A DNA stretch of 24,825 nucleotides from an uncultured Methanosarcinales archaeon. Lineage in GTDB: Archaea; Nanobdellota; Nanobdellia; Woesearchaeales; CAYZNE01. The position numbers and the translations under genes were made by a program. Where the stretch lies: the NCBI GenBank assembly GCA_964478955.1, contig CAYZNE010000002.1, positions 1-24,825 on the forward strand. The letters are read 5' to 3'. Under the pieces are notes generated by a model, which did not search any database, was not told the DNA's origin, and saw only the letters and a program-made list of their open reading frames with translations. Positions 24,544-24,825 of the stretch are shown piece after piece; the stretch's first letter is position 1; each line of letters opens with the position of its first letter.

Positions 24544-24825
24544 TTAAGTTTTATCTTTATAAGCCTTTGTTATAATTTTTTCAAGTAATTCATAAGATTC
24601 TGGTTTCCTTTTTAATAAAAAAAAGTCAACTGCTTCTTCATTTTTATATTTACTGGAAGGTTCCATAATAAGTAAATAGCCTATTTGAAATATTCTGCTA
24701 AAGTTTCGAATAATAGGTATTTTTGTTAGAATAAAATCTTTTAATTTAGACTCATTTTTATCTCTAAATCCTAAAAATGCTTCTCTTCCGAATCCTATTC
24801 CTCCCCAAACAAGATAATCTCTCCA
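24544..24825 (-). CDS. C-terminal fragment of a hypothetical protein running off the window
   Basis: Open frame from 24825 (WRDYLVWGGIGFGREAFLG...KAYKDKT) to TAA at 24544; convergent with the HerA-like gene. Confidence 0.7.
   Translation of the reverse strand, partial: WRDYLVWGGIGFGREAFLGFRDKNESKLKDFILTKIPIIRNFSRIFQIGYLLIMEPSSKYKNEEAVDFFLLKRKPESYELLEKIITKAYKDKT

Overview
AT-rich (roughly 30% GC by eye) archaeal chromosome segment, most likely from a DPANN lineage such as Woesearchaeota; the lineage call is inference. Archaeal markers are aglB, aIF6, prefoldin alpha, proteasome beta, aCPSF1, eL41, a BHB-intron tRNA and an archaeal RNase P RNA. Bacterial-type genes (gyrA, cfa) are also present. 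Two features are missing from the ORF track: a 33-aa eL41/eS32 gene with a TTG start and a partial ORF at the right edge. There are five tRNAs: Glu-CUC, Glu-UUC, Asn-GUU, Ile-GAU and an intron-containing Ile-UAU. The most striking signals are: (1) three tRNA genes share a trailer made of an inverted copy of the tRNA's own T-arm/3' end, a conserved bulged-A hairpin, and a second copy of the 3' end joined within the T-loop; (2) that hairpin is a 7-copy dispersed family with covarying stems that also sits right after the stop codons of two surface-protein genes; (3) FtsY carries a complete histidine-phosphatase domain in its acidic N-terminal region; (4) the rare tRNA-Ile(UAU); (5) a DAC-like protein lacking the RHR motif; (6) a reduced RNase P RNA preceded by an unexplained structured RNA candidate. 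No integrase or transposase is visible. All family calls come from motif recognition by eye; no database search was run.
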